A stretch of 64,000 nt of DNA from Polyangiales bacterium (GCA_038231275.1 JBBRLQ010000015.1:1-64000), one strand, 5' to 3'. Counted from the first letter of the stretch, positions 1-9,726 are shown. Program-made: numbers and translations. The notes: generated from the sequence alone by a model not told the origin.

Positions 1-3
1 ACC

Positions 4-123
4 GACTCCGGTTCCGACGCCGACTCCGGTTCCGACGCCGACTCCGGTTCCGACGCCGACTCCGGTTCCGACGCCGACTCCGGTTCCGACGCCGACTCCG
101 GTTCCGACGCCGACGCCGACGCC
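4..123. repeat. 18-bp tandem repeat GACTCCGGTTCCGACGCC x6 followed by GACGCC x2 (may continue beyond the window edge)
   Basis: Read directly. Frame +1 reads (DSGSDA)n-DA-DA-stop (TGA 124-126). Confidence 0.9.
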
Positions 124-149
124 TGAATTCTCGCGTACCCTCCTCCGCC

Positions 150-1061
150 ATGGCCACGAAAACCATGACCTACGAGGTCACCGAGCGTGTCGCGCGCATC
201 ACGCTGAACCGCCCCTCGCGCGGCAATGGGATCACGATGGAGATGCCGCGCGAGCTCGCCGCGTGCGTCGAGGACGCGTGCCTCGATAAGGGCGTGCACG
301 TGATCTGCCTCTCGGGCGCGGGGAAGGGTTTCTGCGGCGGCTACGATCTCGTCGAGAGCGCCGAGGCGCGGCTCCAGAACGAGCCGGCTGGCGCCGCGAA
401 GCCGGGGAGCCTGCTCGATCCGATCGTGCAGTTCCAGAATCACGACCCGTCGGGCACGTGGGATCCGACCGTCGACTACGCGATGATGAGCCGCAACGTG
501 CGCGGCTTCATGTCGCTCTTTCACGCCGAGAAGCCGGTCGTATGCAAAGTGCACGGATTCTGCGTCGCCGGCGGGACCGACATGGCGCTCTGCTCGGATC
601 TCCTCCTCATCGCCGACGACGCGAAGATCGGCTACCCGCCCGCGCGGGTGTGGGGCGTTCCGACGACGGCGCTCTGGGCGTACCGAATCGGCCTCGAAAA
701 GGCGAAGCGGCTGCTCTTCACCGGCGACTGCCTGTCCGGCAAAGAAGCGCACGAGTGGGGCCTCGCGATCGAAGCGCCGCCCGCCGCCGACCTCGACGCG
801 CGCACCGAGGTGCTCCTCGAGCGCATCGCGCGCGTCCCCGTGAACCAGCTGGTGATGCACAAGCTGATGCTGAACCAGATGGTGCACGCGCAGGGCCTCG
901 CGCCGACCCAGATGCTGGCCACCTTCTTCGACGGCGTCGCCCGCCACACCAAAGAGGGCTACGCGTTCCAGGGGCGCGCCGCGGAGATCGGCTTCAAGCA
1001 GGCCGTACGCGAGCGCGACGATCCGTTCGGCGACTTCGGTCCCTCGACCTTCAAGGGCTGA
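150..1061 (+). CDS. Crotonase/enoyl-CoA hydratase family protein
   Basis: ITLNRP, FCGGYDL and HGFCVAGG motifs. Confidence 0.9.
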   Translation: MATKTMTYEVTERVARITLNRPSRGNGITMEMPRELAACVEDACLDKGVHVICLSGAGKGFCGGYDLVESAEARLQNEPAGAAKPGSLLDPIVQFQNHDPSGTWDPTVDYAMMSRNVRGFMSLFHAEKPVVCKVHGFCVAGGTDMALCSDLLLIADDAKIGYPPARVWGVPTTALWAYRIGLEKAKRLLFTGDCLSGKEAHEWGLAIEAPPAADLDARTEVLLERIARVPVNQLVMHKLMLNQMVHAQGLAPTQMLATFFDGVARHTKEGYAFQGRAAEIGFKQAVRERDDPFGDFGPSTFKG

Positions 1062-1087
1062 CCATGAAGCAAAAGCAACAAAGGAAG

Positions 1088-1165
1088 CCCACCCCCGCCG
1101 CCGCAGACGCGGCGTCGACCCCTCCCAAATCGGCCGCCCAAAGCGGCGGCCTCAGGGAGGGGTGA
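1088..1165. repeat. REP-like intergenic hairpin element between convergent ORFs
   Basis: ACCCCTCCC (1118-1126) pairs with GGGAGGGGT (1155-1163), with inner GGCCGCC/GGCGGCC. Confidence 0.55.
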
Positions 1166-1167
1166 AG

Positions 1168-1473
1168 CTACGCGAGTCGTTCGGCGAAGAAGCGCGCGGC
1201 CTCGCGCGCGTGATCGACGGTAACGACGGTTCCTTCTGGAAACGTCATCGCGGGCCCGTTTTCTTCACCGCACTTCCGGACCCAAACCATCACGTCCGCG
1301 ACCCAGCGTCCGGGGGACGGCCGGTTCGCCGGCCAGTCAGCGGGCCTCGACTTGGTCTTTGACGGGACGACCGCGTATTCGAGTCGTCGACCATCGCACT
1401 CGAAGTGCGTCCACGCGATGCCCGGAGTGCTGGTCACCCGTCTAGCGTAACTTACGCCGAACCCACTGGCCAC
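1168..1473 (-). CDS. Hypothetical protein
   Basis: 101-aa ORF filling the gap, with protein-like composition; start uncertain. Confidence 0.4.
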   Translation of the reverse strand: MASGFGVSYARRVTSTPGIAWTHFECDGRRLEYAVVPSKTKSRPADWPANRPSPGRWVADVMVWVRKCGEENGPAMTFPEGTVVTVDHAREAARFFAERLA

Positions 1474-1494
1474 CGAGTCAGCGCGCGCGACGCG

Positions 1495-3810
1495 TCACTT
1501 CACGCCGTTGCAGATCGCCGCGACGGGCGCGGACGTGTCGTTGTCCGTGCGGCACTCGTGCCAGGACGGGTGCGGCGTCGTCGTGTCGTCGACGACCGCG
1601 TAGACGGTGAGGCTCCCCTCGCGGACACCCGCCGGCGGATTGGGGAGCGCGAGGAGGACCTGCTCGGACTGCGGCGGATACAGGGTGCGCGTGGTGACTC
1701 CGGCGCCGATCTTCGTGCCGCTGCCCGGGGTGCCCGTGTAGAAGCCGACCGCGACGCCGGCGGGAAGTGCGGCCTCGCCGATGTTCGTGACGGTGGCGAC
1801 GAGGCCATACGGGCCCGTGCACACCGGCGCGATCGCGACGACCGCGTCGGGGGCCGCGAACTCGCTGCCCGGCTGCTTGTTCTGGCGGAAGTTGTTCAGC
1901 CCCGGCTGCTTCCAGTTGGGGAGCTCGTTCTTCGGGATGGTCCCGTCCTCGTTCACGTTGGTGACGTGATACGCGTGCTCGTTCCAGATGCGGCGCGTGC
2001 GGACCCAGCTGCCCGCGGTGTCGCCGAAGACGCGGACGCCCGACTGCGCGATGTTCGTGCCGTCGTTGCACTGGTACTCGGCGTTGCTGCTGGCGTACGC
2101 GTTCGAGACGACGACGATGTCGGCGTGGCCGTCGTTGTCGACGTCGGCCACGAGCGGGTACTCAATGAGCGTGCCGGTGGTGTTGCACGTCTCGAAGAGG
2201 ATCTTCCCGGTCGGCCCTTCGTAGATGCGCATGTGGTTTTCGTCCGAGTAGACGACCTCCGCCTTTCCGTCGCCGTCGAAGTCGAAGACCGAGCTGCCGG
2301 TGGCCGCCGACGAGCAGTCGGTGGTCGGGACGGCCCAGAGGACGGTCGCCGCATTGGCGATCGCGGAGTTCACGATCTTCGCGCCGTTCAAGATCGTGTA
2401 GCCGATGCCGCCGGCCAGCGCGACGTCGGGCACGGCGTCGCCGTCGAAATCCGCGACGGTGGGCGGACCGCCGCCGGTCGTGTAGCCGGCGCTGGCGGGA
2501 TCGCAGTGCTGCGTGAGCGTACCGTTGATGTCGACGCCCTGGCGGACCCACGAGAATTTCGCGGCCTGTGCGGCGTCGTAGTGCCAGAACGAGGCGGTGT
2601 GCGAGCCAGAGTAGACGGCGACGACCTCGGCCTTGCCGTCCTTGTCGAAGTCGCCGATCGCGGGCCAGCTTCCGGCGACGCCGGTGTCGACGAAGAGCTT
2701 GCCGTCGGCGTGGAAACCCTGGCTCGAGGTGACGACGTCGAGCGCGCCGTCGCCGTCGAGATCGCTCACGGCGAACGTGCCGGCGAGGCCGACGGAGAAG
2801 AACGCCTTGGTCGTGCCGTCGAAGCCATAGAGGATGCCCCCGTCGACGATGACCTCGGCCTTGCCGTCGCCGTCCATGTCGGCGATCGACGGCATGTAGC
2901 AGCCGACGCCGGGCGCGCTATTCCAGAGAAGTGAGCCGTCGCCACGGTACGCGCGGACCGTGCCGGCGGTGCTGCACGCGACGATCTCGTTTCCGGGCTT
3001 TCCGTCGAGATCGCCGGCTGCGAGCTGGGTACCCGGGTAGACCTCGCCGGGCTTGGACCACTTGTCGGTGACCTTGCCCTGCACGATCGAGATCGCGTGG
3101 AGGGTACCGTTGTGCGTGTAGTCGCCGCCGGTGAACGTCGTGAAGACGATCTCGGGGATGTCCTGCTCGTTGATTTTTCCGTCGCAGTTGTCGTCGTCGA
3201 GCTGGATGACGATGGGGGCCATCATGACGTCGGTGTCGAAGGGCGGGGCGACGTTGCCGCCCCACGAGAATTTGAGCTCGGGCTTGAAGGCAGAAGCGCC
3301 GCGGTACTCGCACTTGTCGAGGCACGTCACGCCGCCGGTGCCGGCGTCGGGCGCGCAGATGGGGGGCCGCGGGAGGCAGCGGCCATTCTTTTGCGGGGCG
3401 CCGCCGACGCAGGAGCCATCGACCGAGGCGACCCCTGCGTCGCCGGCGCCGAGCTGGTAGTCGCAGTACTGGTCCGTGGAGCAATCGGTGGAGTCGACGC
3501 AGCTCGCGCCTGGGGTGACGCACTTGAGGAAGGAGCAGACCGCGCCCGTCGAGCAGCACGCAGGGCCGCAGGCGTGCTCGCGGGCGCAGCAGGTGTTGCC
3601 GGCGCACACGCCTCCGTCGCCGCATGGGGTCCCGGTCGCGCACTGCTCGCCGAGGTTCTGATCGCCGAGCGTGTCGTCGATCGCGTCGGACGCCGCATCG
3701 GGCTCGGTGAAGCCGTTACCGTTCGACGACGACCCGCAGCCGGGCGCGATCGTGGCCGCGGCGGCGGAGAAGAGCAGCGCAAAGGACCAAGCGACGCGAG
3801 CGTTTCGCAT
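1495..3810 (-). CDS. FG-GAP/VCBS-repeat lipoprotein with Cys-rich N-terminus and CARDB-like C-terminal domain
   Basis: Lipobox APGC, multiple D(L/F/M)DGDG repeats, C-terminal VTNIGE...VGFY...VVDD...ECRTDND. Confidence 0.85.
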   Translation of the reverse strand: MRNARVAWSFALLFSAAAATIAPGCGSSSNGNGFTEPDAASDAIDDTLGDQNLGEQCATGTPCGDGGVCAGNTCCAREHACGPACCSTGAVCSFLKCVTPGASCVDSTDCSTDQYCDYQLGAGDAGVASVDGSCVGGAPQKNGRCLPRPPICAPDAGTGGVTCLDKCEYRGASAFKPELKFSWGGNVAPPFDTDVMMAPIVIQLDDDNCDGKINEQDIPEIVFTTFTGGDYTHNGTLHAISIVQGKVTDKWSKPGEVYPGTQLAAGDLDGKPGNEIVACSTAGTVRAYRGDGSLLWNSAPGVGCYMPSIADMDGDGKAEVIVDGGILYGFDGTTKAFFSVGLAGTFAVSDLDGDGALDVVTSSQGFHADGKLFVDTGVAGSWPAIGDFDKDGKAEVVAVYSGSHTASFWHYDAAQAAKFSWVRQGVDINGTLTQHCDPASAGYTTGGGPPTVADFDGDAVPDVALAGGIGYTILNGAKIVNSAIANAATVLWAVPTTDCSSAATGSSVFDFDGDGKAEVVYSDENHMRIYEGPTGKILFETCNTTGTLIEYPLVADVDNDGHADIVVVSNAYASSNAEYQCNDGTNIAQSGVRVFGDTAGSWVRTRRIWNEHAYHVTNVNEDGTIPKNELPNWKQPGLNNFRQNKQPGSEFAAPDAVVAIAPVCTGPYGLVATVTNIGEAALPAGVAVGFYTGTPGSGTKIGAGVTTRTLYPPQSEQVLLALPNPPAGVREGSLTVYAVVDDTTTPHPSWHECRTDNDTSAPVAAICNGVK

Positions 3811-3848
3811 GACGCGGGGAGGCTAGCACGCCGTCCCGCACGCGCTCG

Positions 3849-4895
3849 TCAACGGTCGCGACGGTCGACCGGGCCGTCGAGGCGAGGCCGTTGCATGTGG
3901 CCGAGCCGGGAGACCCGGGCGTGGGGAGGACCGATGCGGGCAGCGACGGCGGAATCGTTCGCGCCGACGGCCACGATCGCAGACGCGAGCGGGGCGAGCT
4001 GCGCGGCGGCGTTCGCCATCGCAATAGGTGCAATGTGCATATTTCTACCGACGGGAGCGAGCGTCAGGGGTGAGCCGTGGGCAGCGACAGCTACCGCGTG
4101 GGCGGGTCCGGCGAGCACCACCCCCGCGATCGCCATCGTCTCGAGCCATCGGACGCGCTCGGCGACTTCGTCTCCCCCAACGACACCGCGCGGCACACGG
4201 GCTTCCCACGCCGCCAGCCGAAGGTCGAGGGCCGCCGCGAATGCTACCGCGCGCGCGTCGTCTCCTTCGACGAGCGCGAGCCTCGGGCTGAGGCACCCTC
4301 GCTGGTCGAACGGAACGACATCGCGCGCAACCGCTTCCGCAGCCTCTGCGAGATCATCGTCCGCTGCAACCCAAGCGACGCCCATACCTGCTCCGTGTCC
4401 GACCACCCGCACGCCGCGGCGCGCTTCGGCGCGGATTGCCGCGATCGTCGCGTCGCGACCGTAGACGTGGATTTCACCCGCCGCGAGGTCGCGCGCGCGG
4501 ACGTCCTCCACTTGAACGGCGCTCGAGCCCAGCTCCTCGACGAGGGCGCGCGCGAACCATGGGTCGCGCGTCGACGGGCGCAGCGTCACGTGCGGCGCCG
4601 CGGCGCGCGCGATCGCGAGAGCGCGGACCGCACCGACGAAGACGCTCGACGAGAGAACGACGTGCACGCGCGTTGCGTCGCCCGCGCGCGCGACCAACGC
4701 GGAGATGTCGTCGTCGGTGGCTTCGAGTTCGAGGTGCTCGCGGAGAGCGAGGTGCACACCTTCGGGCGAGAGGCCGGTGCTCTTGGTGATCTCGGGGACG
4801 ATCCGGTCCGCGCGCGCGGCGAGGCTGCGCGCAGCACGCAGGATCTCTCGAACGTCTCGCGCGCGCCCTTCGGCCGTTCGCGGCGCGGCGCTCAT
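3849..4895 (-). CDS. luxC: Acyl-CoA reductase, LuxC family
   Basis: FDQRGCLSP catalytic-Cys motif; ATG (MSAAPR) overlaps the luxE stop (ATGA). Confidence 0.8.
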   Translation of the reverse strand: MSAAPRTAEGRARDVREILRAARSLAARADRIVPEITKSTGLSPEGVHLALREHLELEATDDDISALVARAGDATRVHVVLSSSVFVGAVRALAIARAAAPHVTLRPSTRDPWFARALVEELGSSAVQVEDVRARDLAAGEIHVYGRDATIAAIRAEARRGVRVVGHGAGMGVAWVAADDDLAEAAEAVARDVVPFDQRGCLSPRLALVEGDDARAVAFAAALDLRLAAWEARVPRGVVGGDEVAERVRWLETMAIAGVVLAGPAHAVAVAAHGSPLTLAPVGRNMHIAPIAMANAAAQLAPLASAIVAVGANDSAVAARIGPPHARVSRLGHMQRPRLDGPVDRRDR

Positions 4896-5998
4896 CGCCC
4901 GAGGATCTCGTCGATCGCGATCGAGCACCCGCGCGGCGGAGCGCCAGGCGCGCGGCCAAGCAGCTCGAAGCCACCCGGCACGCGGCGTACACGATCCGCG
5001 GCGAGGACCGCGAAGGCGCTGTCCACGTTCGTCAGGTCTTCGATCCGCGCGAGGCCGATCTTTCCATCGGCGACCGGTGCCAGCGTCACCGGATCGACGG
5101 GCACTACGCGCGCCCACGGTGGCTCGACGTAGACCCACGGCGCGGCGTCGTCCGACGCGATCGTCGCCTCGTAGAACTGGCTCCCGAGCTCGGTCATGCC
5201 GTACTCGCCGACGATCTCGCGCGTCTCCACCTGCAGCGCGGTCGCGACGTCGCGGCGGAGCGTCTCGCCGTCGATCTCGCGCGATCGCCCCTTGAAGCCA
5301 CCGGTCTGCATCACGCGGCTGCCCGTGGGTAGCCGAAACGGCGCGCCGTCGAGCGCGTCGAGGAGGTGCACCAGCGCGAACGACGTCGCGAGGAGGAGGA
5401 CCGGCGCGTCGCCCGCGGTCATCGCGCGGACCACGCGCTCGTCGAGGGCGACCACGTCGAGGATCTCTTCCTGGAGAAAGTACGTCTCGCGCTCGCCCGC
5501 CGGCTCGCCGAGCTCGTTCACGAAGAGCGCGTTCATGTGCGTGAGCGACGAGTCGGGCGCCTCGCGCGGCGAGGGGCCGAGGACCAGGACGGGGACTGGG
5601 CGCTTCCACCCCTTCATGAGCGCCCATCGTCCAAACGCCAGCGCCGCCGCGTCGTACGTGCCGGCGTCGCGCAGCGCGTGGAGGCCGCGCGCTCCGACCG
5701 TGGTGCCGCTCGTGCGGAAGACGACATGCGCGGCATCCTCTGGGAACGTGGCGATGCGCGTCATCTTGAAGGCCTCGGTGGGGACGGCCGGCGCGTCACC
5801 TGCGCGTGCGAGCGCCCCGACGTCGACGCTGCGCGCGCGACAAAGCTTCGCGTAGCCGGGGACGCGCGCGGCCTGAAATCGCGCGAGATCGCACGCGAGG
5901 CGATCGAACGCCTCGGGCATCGTGGCGCCCGCCTCGAACGCGCGAACGAACGCCCGCGCGCGAAGGTGGAGCGCGTCGCTCTCGGGATCGGGGACCAC
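4892..5998 (-). CDS. luxE: Acyl-protein synthetase, LuxE family
   Basis: FRTSGTT, TGGFKG, YGMTEL and LLGR...RGCS motifs. Confidence 0.85.
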   Translation of the reverse strand: MVPDPESDALHLRARAFVRAFEAGATMPEAFDRLACDLARFQAARVPGYAKLCRARSVDVGALARAGDAPAVPTEAFKMTRIATFPEDAAHVVFRTSGTTVGARGLHALRDAGTYDAAALAFGRWALMKGWKRPVPVLVLGPSPREAPDSSLTHMNALFVNELGEPAGERETYFLQEEILDVVALDERVVRAMTAGDAPVLLLATSFALVHLLDALDGAPFRLPTGSRVMQTGGFKGRSREIDGETLRRDVATALQVETREIVGEYGMTELGSQFYEATIASDDAAPWVYVEPPWARVVPVDPVTLAPVADGKIGLARIEDLTNVDSAFAVLAADRVRRVPGGFELLGRAPGAPPRGCSIAIDEILGR

Positions 5999-6053
5999 GA
6001 CCGAAGTCTACGCGAAAACCCGACACGCGGCGCCGAGCCGCGGGCGGCCGAGC

Positions 6054-6240
6054 TCAGTGGTAGGTCGCGCTCATCAGCAGCACCGGGGCGAGCGCGTTGA
6101 GCGGGGACCTCGCGTCGTTGGTGCCCACGGAGGCCGACGCGTAGTGAACCTGCGCGAGGGCGCCGAGACTCCACTGATCCGACACCCAAAAAATCGTAAC
6201 CGCCACCGACGAACGCGCCGACCCCGATGCTCGAACGCAT
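6054..6240 (-). pseudogene. Frameshifted remnant of an outer-membrane beta-barrel-like protein C-terminus
   Basis: GVGAFVGGGYDF in one frame continues as WVSDQWSLGALAQVHY...LLMSATYH* in another; junction at the A6 run 6188-6193. Confidence 0.55.
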
Positions 6241-6279
6241 GGTGCGTCGCACGTACCACACGAGTCGCGGCGCGCGAGT

Positions 6280-6295
6280 CGCGCGGCTCGTGCCA
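6280..6295 (-). promoter_or_regulatory. Putative sigma54 -24/-12 promoter TGGCACG-AGCC-GCGCG
   Basis: Perfect TGGCACG and GG-N10-GC spacing; weak -12 element. Confidence 0.4.
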
Positions 6296-6371
6296 CCGCT
6301 CGCAAACGCGACGCCAACCCGCAGAGAACAATAGATTACTTACTCCAATCCGAAACCGAGACGGATTCCGG

Positions 6372-7682
6372 TCAGAGGGCGGCGGCGAGCGCGGGGGCGA
6401 AGGCGTGGAGGGGCTCCTCCGGGACGTCGATCGCCGGCGTCAACGTGAGCACGTCGCCGTTCGCTCCGCCGGTGAGGACGATCCAGCCGGACGCGAGGAG
6501 ACGGCGCGACGCCGCGAGTGCGCGCGTGGAGCCTCCGTCGAGCGCGACACCGACCATGAGCCCGACGCCGCGCACCTCGCGGACGCCGTGGTTCGCCGTC
6601 GCTTCGCGCAAGATCTCTCGCCATCGTTCGCCCACGGTCGCCGCGCGCGCTGCGAGGGACTGGCGGTCCAGGACGTCGAGGTACGCGAGCGCGGCGGCGC
6701 ACGCGGGCGGCGCGCCGAAGTGCGTCGCCGTGTGAATCGCCGACCCGCCGTGCGCGCCCCACGCCGCCATCGCGCTTGCGCTGCCGACGCACGCGCTGAT
6801 CGGCCAGCCGGCGCCGAGCGACTTCCCGAAGCAGAGGAGATCGGCGCGTACGCCCTCCGCGAGCGAGCGAGCGATGGCGCCCGACCGACCGAGCCCCGTC
6901 CACACCTCGTCCGCGACGAGCAGCGCGCCCGACGCGTCGCACGCTGCGCGCAGCATCGCGAGGAAGCCCGGCGGCGGGACCACGCACCCACCCCGCCCGA
7001 GGACCGGCTCGACGAGCACGGCCCCGACGTCACCGGCCGCGAGCGCTCGTGTCACGTGCAGTTTGCAACTATCGAGCTCGGCCTCGTTGGACGGGTATCC
7101 GACGAAGCGGACGTGATCGCCGAGCTGGGCGGCGAACGGCGCGCGAAACGCCTCGCTGTACCCGCACGCGGCAAGCGGTCCGTGCGACAGGCCGTGATAC
7201 CCACCTTCGAACGCGACGACGCCCGCCTTGCCGGTCGCGAGCACGCACGTCTTCAGGGCGGCGGTGAGCGCGTCGGCGCCCGAGAGGCCGAGGAGCACGC
7301 GCGCGCCGGGCTCGGGATAGAGCGCGACGAGGCGCTCGCACAACGCGACCTTCGCTTCTGACGCGTACACGTCGCCGAGCGCCAGCGTGAGCCGCGCGGC
7401 TTCGGCGATCGCAGCCTTGGTCGGCCCCGGCGGCGCGTGACCGAGCGCGAGCGCGCCGAAGCCGCACGTCAGATCGACGTACCGGTTGCCGTCGACGTCG
7501 AGCACGTTGGAGCCAGCGCCCGACGCGTACACGATCGGCGATTGGTCCTCCCCGCTGTCCTCGCTTCGTCGCTCGCGTCGCGCATCGAACGCGGGCGACT
7601 CGACCGCCGAGAGGCGCGCCGACAGCGCCCGCGATCGCGGGCCCGGCGGCGGCACGACGATCCGCGGGAGCTCCGCCGTCAC
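6372..7682 (-). CDS. Class III PLP-dependent aminotransferase
   Basis: DVDGNRYVD, GYHG, EPVLG, DEVWTGLGRSG and FGKSLG (PLP Lys) motifs. Confidence 0.9.
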   Translation of the reverse strand: MTAELPRIVVPPPGPRSRALSARLSAVESPAFDARRERRSEDSGEDQSPIVYASGAGSNVLDVDGNRYVDLTCGFGALALGHAPPGPTKAAIAEAARLTLALGDVYASEAKVALCERLVALYPEPGARVLLGLSGADALTAALKTCVLATGKAGVVAFEGGYHGLSHGPLAACGYSEAFRAPFAAQLGDHVRFVGYPSNEAELDSCKLHVTRALAAGDVGAVLVEPVLGRGGCVVPPPGFLAMLRAACDASGALLVADEVWTGLGRSGAIARSLAEGVRADLLCFGKSLGAGWPISACVGSASAMAAWGAHGGSAIHTATHFGAPPACAAALAYLDVLDRQSLAARAATVGERWREILREATANHGVREVRGVGLMVGVALDGGSTRALAASRRLLASGWIVLTGGANGDVLTLTPAIDVPEEPLHAFAPALAAAL

Positions 7683-8578
7683 GCGATGACTTTGTTTCGA
7701 CCGCCGCGCTTCGCTTCGTACAGCTTCGTGTCGGCGTTCTTGATGAGGTCGGGCGCGGTGCGATCCACGTCTTGGAGGACCGCGACGCCGATCGAGATCG
7801 TCACCGAGATGTTCTCCCCCTGGAAGACGAAGCGGCTCGCCTCGACCTTCTCGCGCAGCCCTTCGGCGAGCGCCTTCGCGCCCTCGAGGTTTGTCTCGGG
7901 AAGGATGATCGCGAACTCTTCACCGCCGTAGCGCGCGAACACCTCGTCGCGACGGATGCGCGCTTGCACGATGCGCGCGAGCTCCTTGAGCACGAAGTCG
8001 CCGGCGAGGTGGCCGTGGTAGTCGTTGATCTTCTTGAAGTGGTCGATGTCGAACATCATGAAGGAGAGATCGCGCGCGTGGCGGCGGGCGCGGATGATCT
8101 CCTTCTCGAGGGCCTCGAGCAGGTAGCGCTTCACGTGCGCACCCGTCAGGCCGTCGATGATCGTCATGCGATAGATTTCTTCGTGGTACTGGGCCTCGAC
8201 GTCCTGACCGGACAGGTACTTGAAGATGGTGGGGCCGACCTTGATGCGGTCGCCGTTGGCGAGGCCCATCTCGCGCGAGATCTGCTCGTCGTTCACGTAG
8301 GTGCCGTTCGTGGAACCGTCGTCGATCGCCCACCACACTTCCCCGCGCTGCTCGATGTGCGCGTGGCGGCGCGAGACGCTGTCGCCTTCCAAGACGATGT
8401 GGTTCTCGGCGCCGCGGCCGATGCGCATGGGGCTGATGTCGAGGACGAAGCGCTTGCCGAGGAGCGACGGCTCCTTGGTGTAGATGACGACCAGGCAATC
8501 CCCTCCCCGCGGGCCGTCGCCGGCCGCAGGCTTCTGCACGATGGCGGTTACGCGTGTCTTTTCCTCGGACTCGCTCAC
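7679..8578 (-). CDS. FHA-domain diguanylate cyclase (FHA-GGDEF)
   Basis: FHA motifs IGR..VSRRHA..STNGT; DIDHFKKIND and RYGGEEF. Confidence 0.92.
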   Translation of the reverse strand: MSESEEKTRVTAIVQKPAAGDGPRGGDCLVVIYTKEPSLLGKRFVLDISPMRIGRGAENHIVLEGDSVSRRHAHIEQRGEVWWAIDDGSTNGTYVNDEQISREMGLANGDRIKVGPTIFKYLSGQDVEAQYHEEIYRMTIIDGLTGAHVKRYLLEALEKEIIRARRHARDLSFMMFDIDHFKKINDYHGHLAGDFVLKELARIVQARIRRDEVFARYGGEEFAIILPETNLEGAKALAEGLREKVEASRFVFQGENISVTISIGVAVLQDVDRTAPDLIKNADTKLYEAKRGGRNKVIA

Positions 8579-8721
8579 GCCAAAGTCCCCCGAGCCTCGC
8601 CGAACGGACCCCGCCGCCGAACGCGCGGTTCGGCGGCCTCCTGCGGCAAGGGTTCACGGAGCGATTCGACGCCCCGCCCAAAGTCTCTGTCGTACGCCAT
8701 CGTTCGAGGGTTTTCGCGACT

Positions 8722-9726
8722 CTACGCTGCTCTGGGAGCGTAAGACCCCAGCTGGGCGAGGGTCAAGCGACACGCCAGAGGGAGCTCGACTTGGTACTCC
8801 AGCACCCCGAACGAACACGCGGGAAGGGCGAGCGATTCGCGGCATTTGGCGGTGGTCAGCCACAAATCGACGTCGGCCGAGGGTGTCGTGCGTGGGCGCC
8901 CGTGGTCGGCGGATGAGCGGACCACGAGGGGGCACACATCGTGGGCAGCGAGCATCTGGGTGACCCGGTCGGGTCGGGCCAGCGCCGTCACGAGCCCGAC
9001 ACGCAGCTGTCGCAGCTCGTCCCAGGTCACGAGCGTACCCTCGACGAACGCGCCGCGTGATCTTCCTTCGACAGGTACGAGGAGATCGGCCGCCGCGAGG
9101 AGCGCGTCACGTGGCGCACGGAGGTCACCGCGCGGGGGACATGCGCCGGCGCCCCACGGCGCGCGAGTGTCGACGGCGAGCAACGCGAGGGAGGCGCGCC
9201 GCGTGGTCTGATGCACGCCGTCGAGGATCGCGACGTCGGCGAGCGAGAGCGCGAGGTCGAGAGCCGCTTGGCGCGTGGGCGCAACGACGACGGGCACGTT
9301 CGGGAGCGCGCGTGCGCAGGCGCGGGCCTCGTCGCCGACCTCTCCGACGGGATCCGCCACCGTGACGACGCGCGCCACGCGCGGACGAGCGCGGTACGCG
9401 TGACCGACGATCGCCACGCGCGCGCCTTCCGCGGCGAGGGCCTGCGCGCACGCCATCGCGAGCGGAGTCTTGCCGGAGCCGCCGAGCGTCGCGCCGCCGA
9501 TCGCAACGACACGCGCGCCGGCCCGCCACACGAGGGGCTTGACCAGGCGCCGCGCCGCCGCGCGCCCCCACGCCGACGAGAGCGCGCGCGCGAGCCTGCC
9601 TTCGATCACGCCGCGCTCGAGCAGCTCCGCCAGGACCCTCACGCGCCGGAGGGTACCACCGCCCTCGCGGGTCTCAGCGATCGAAGCGCGCGCAGGTGCC
9701 GGGTCGATCGTCCGCGACGAAGCCAT
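8722..9726 (-). CDS. lpxK: Tetraacyldisaccharide 4'-kinase-like protein
   Basis: IGGATLGGSGKTP P-loop, VGDEA, PRGDLR, TTAK; start uncertain. Confidence 0.7.
   Translation of the reverse strand: MASSRTIDPAPARASIAETREGGGTLRRVRVLAELLERGVIEGRLARALSSAWGRAAARRLVKPLVWRAGARVVAIGGATLGGSGKTPLAMACAQALAAEGARVAIVGHAYRARPRVARVVTVADPVGEVGDEARACARALPNVPVVVAPTRQAALDLALSLADVAILDGVHQTTRRASLALLAVDTRAPWGAGACPPRGDLRAPRDALLAAADLLVPVEGRSRGAFVEGTLVTWDELRQLRVGLVTALARPDRVTQMLAAHDVCPLVVRSSADHGRPRTTPSADVDLWLTTAKCRESLALPACSFGVLEYQVELPLACRLTLAQLGSYAPRAA

Noticed and set aside
4..123. CRISPR array
   Set aside because: Repeats are contiguous, with no unique spacers and no cas genes in the window.
3849..5998. Bioluminescence operon
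   Set aside because: No luxA, luxB, luxD or luxG in the window.
8613..8637. 10-bp hairpin upstream of the FHA-GGDEF gene as a riboswitch
   Set aside because: Single GC-rich stem with no c-di-GMP riboswitch consensus and no U-tract.
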